A DNA stretch of 63,499 bases, filler included, from Lenisia limosa (Eukaryota; Protista; Breviatea): assembly GCA_001655205.1 (NCBI GenBank). It is 10 parts of 10 records of this genome, joined end to end, with 100 filler letters (N's around TTAATTAATTAA, not from the genome) between each part and the next. Parts side by side here need not be neighbours in the genome. Positions count along the whole stretch, not along the records: positions 62,237 to 63,499 come from LPNZ01006954.1; 9 more parts are not named here. The stretch is one strand, 5' to 3'. The translations under genes were made by a program, and so were the position numbers. Below the pieces are notes generated by a model. It worked only from the letters and a program-made list of their open reading frames with translations, ran no database searches and was not told the origin of the DNA. Shown piece after piece: positions 63,070-63,499 of this stretch. How positions within the stretch are numbered: the first letter of the stretch is position 1; the number at the start of each line of letters is the position of its first letter.

Positions 63070-63499
63070 TTGGCAGGAAAACAGAGGAAAGGAAGGAGTC
63101 TTAAAAAGCAGGTTACACTCTGAACCAGCAGAGCATGCGAAGCCAAGGAGCAGAGTGGCAGGTTAATAAACCAGATTTTCGGCTCGGATTCCCAGTCGGT
63201 CTGTTTTTGAAACTTCGGGTATTCTCGGAACCGGTTCAGATTCGTAAATCTAAGCACTTTCCTTCTGCTCTACCCTCTTTTATATTTATAAACAGTTTGA
63301 TAAAATGTTTTTCGAGGACGAATGGCTGAATCATTGATTCACGCTTCTTTTCCTTTCCATGATCTGGCTTTTTTGATCAGCTTGGCGGGGACCCACGTGT
63401 TCCAGGGTTTTATCAGGGGGGTGACCCTGGTGCCGGGCAGGCCACAAAAATGACAGGGGTCAATATGATAAACCTGGGGGACCGAAATAACGTTATTAG
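63070..63499 (+). CDS. Possible exons of a hypothetical protein running off the window
   Basis: GWQENRGKEGVLKAGYTLNQQSMRSQGAEWQ... and LGGDPRVPGFYQGGDPGAGQATKMTGV bounded by AG/GT. Confidence 0.25.

Overview
Eukaryotic (protist-like) nuclear DNA, intron-rich, standard genetic code; no rRNA, tRNA or CRISPR features seen. The window is not contiguous: nine artificial N~44-TTAATTAATTAA-N~44 linkers split it into ten segments, so adjacency across linkers means nothing. Two architectures are visible. (1) A compact ~29 kb segment (26.9-56.2 kb) of housekeeping genes with many very short GT-AG introns (many ~28-60 nt) and tiny intergenic gaps: glutamate-cysteine ligase, an SRPK kinase, a CFAP52-like WD40 protein, a longin-like protein, an mRNA cap N7-methyltransferase with a ~300-aa extra N-terminus, a PP5/PPEF-type phosphatase, Nup93/Nic96 and an SRI-domain C-terminus. 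(2) Accessory-looking segments with longer AT-rich introns carrying several families of ~75-170 bp non-autonomous elements. These hold a mosaic beta-helix + Sushi + Cys-rich protein gene, a one-repeat-per-exon ankyrin gene, decayed ankyrin sequence, a bacterial-adhesin-like cadherin/Ig-repeat protein with a 2.4 kb single exon, and the spliced C-terminus of a prokaryote-type AmmeMemoRadiSam radical-SAM enzyme; RPS25 lies near the end. All gene models were spliced by eye; exon limits are approximate and family assignments come from motif recognition, not database searches.
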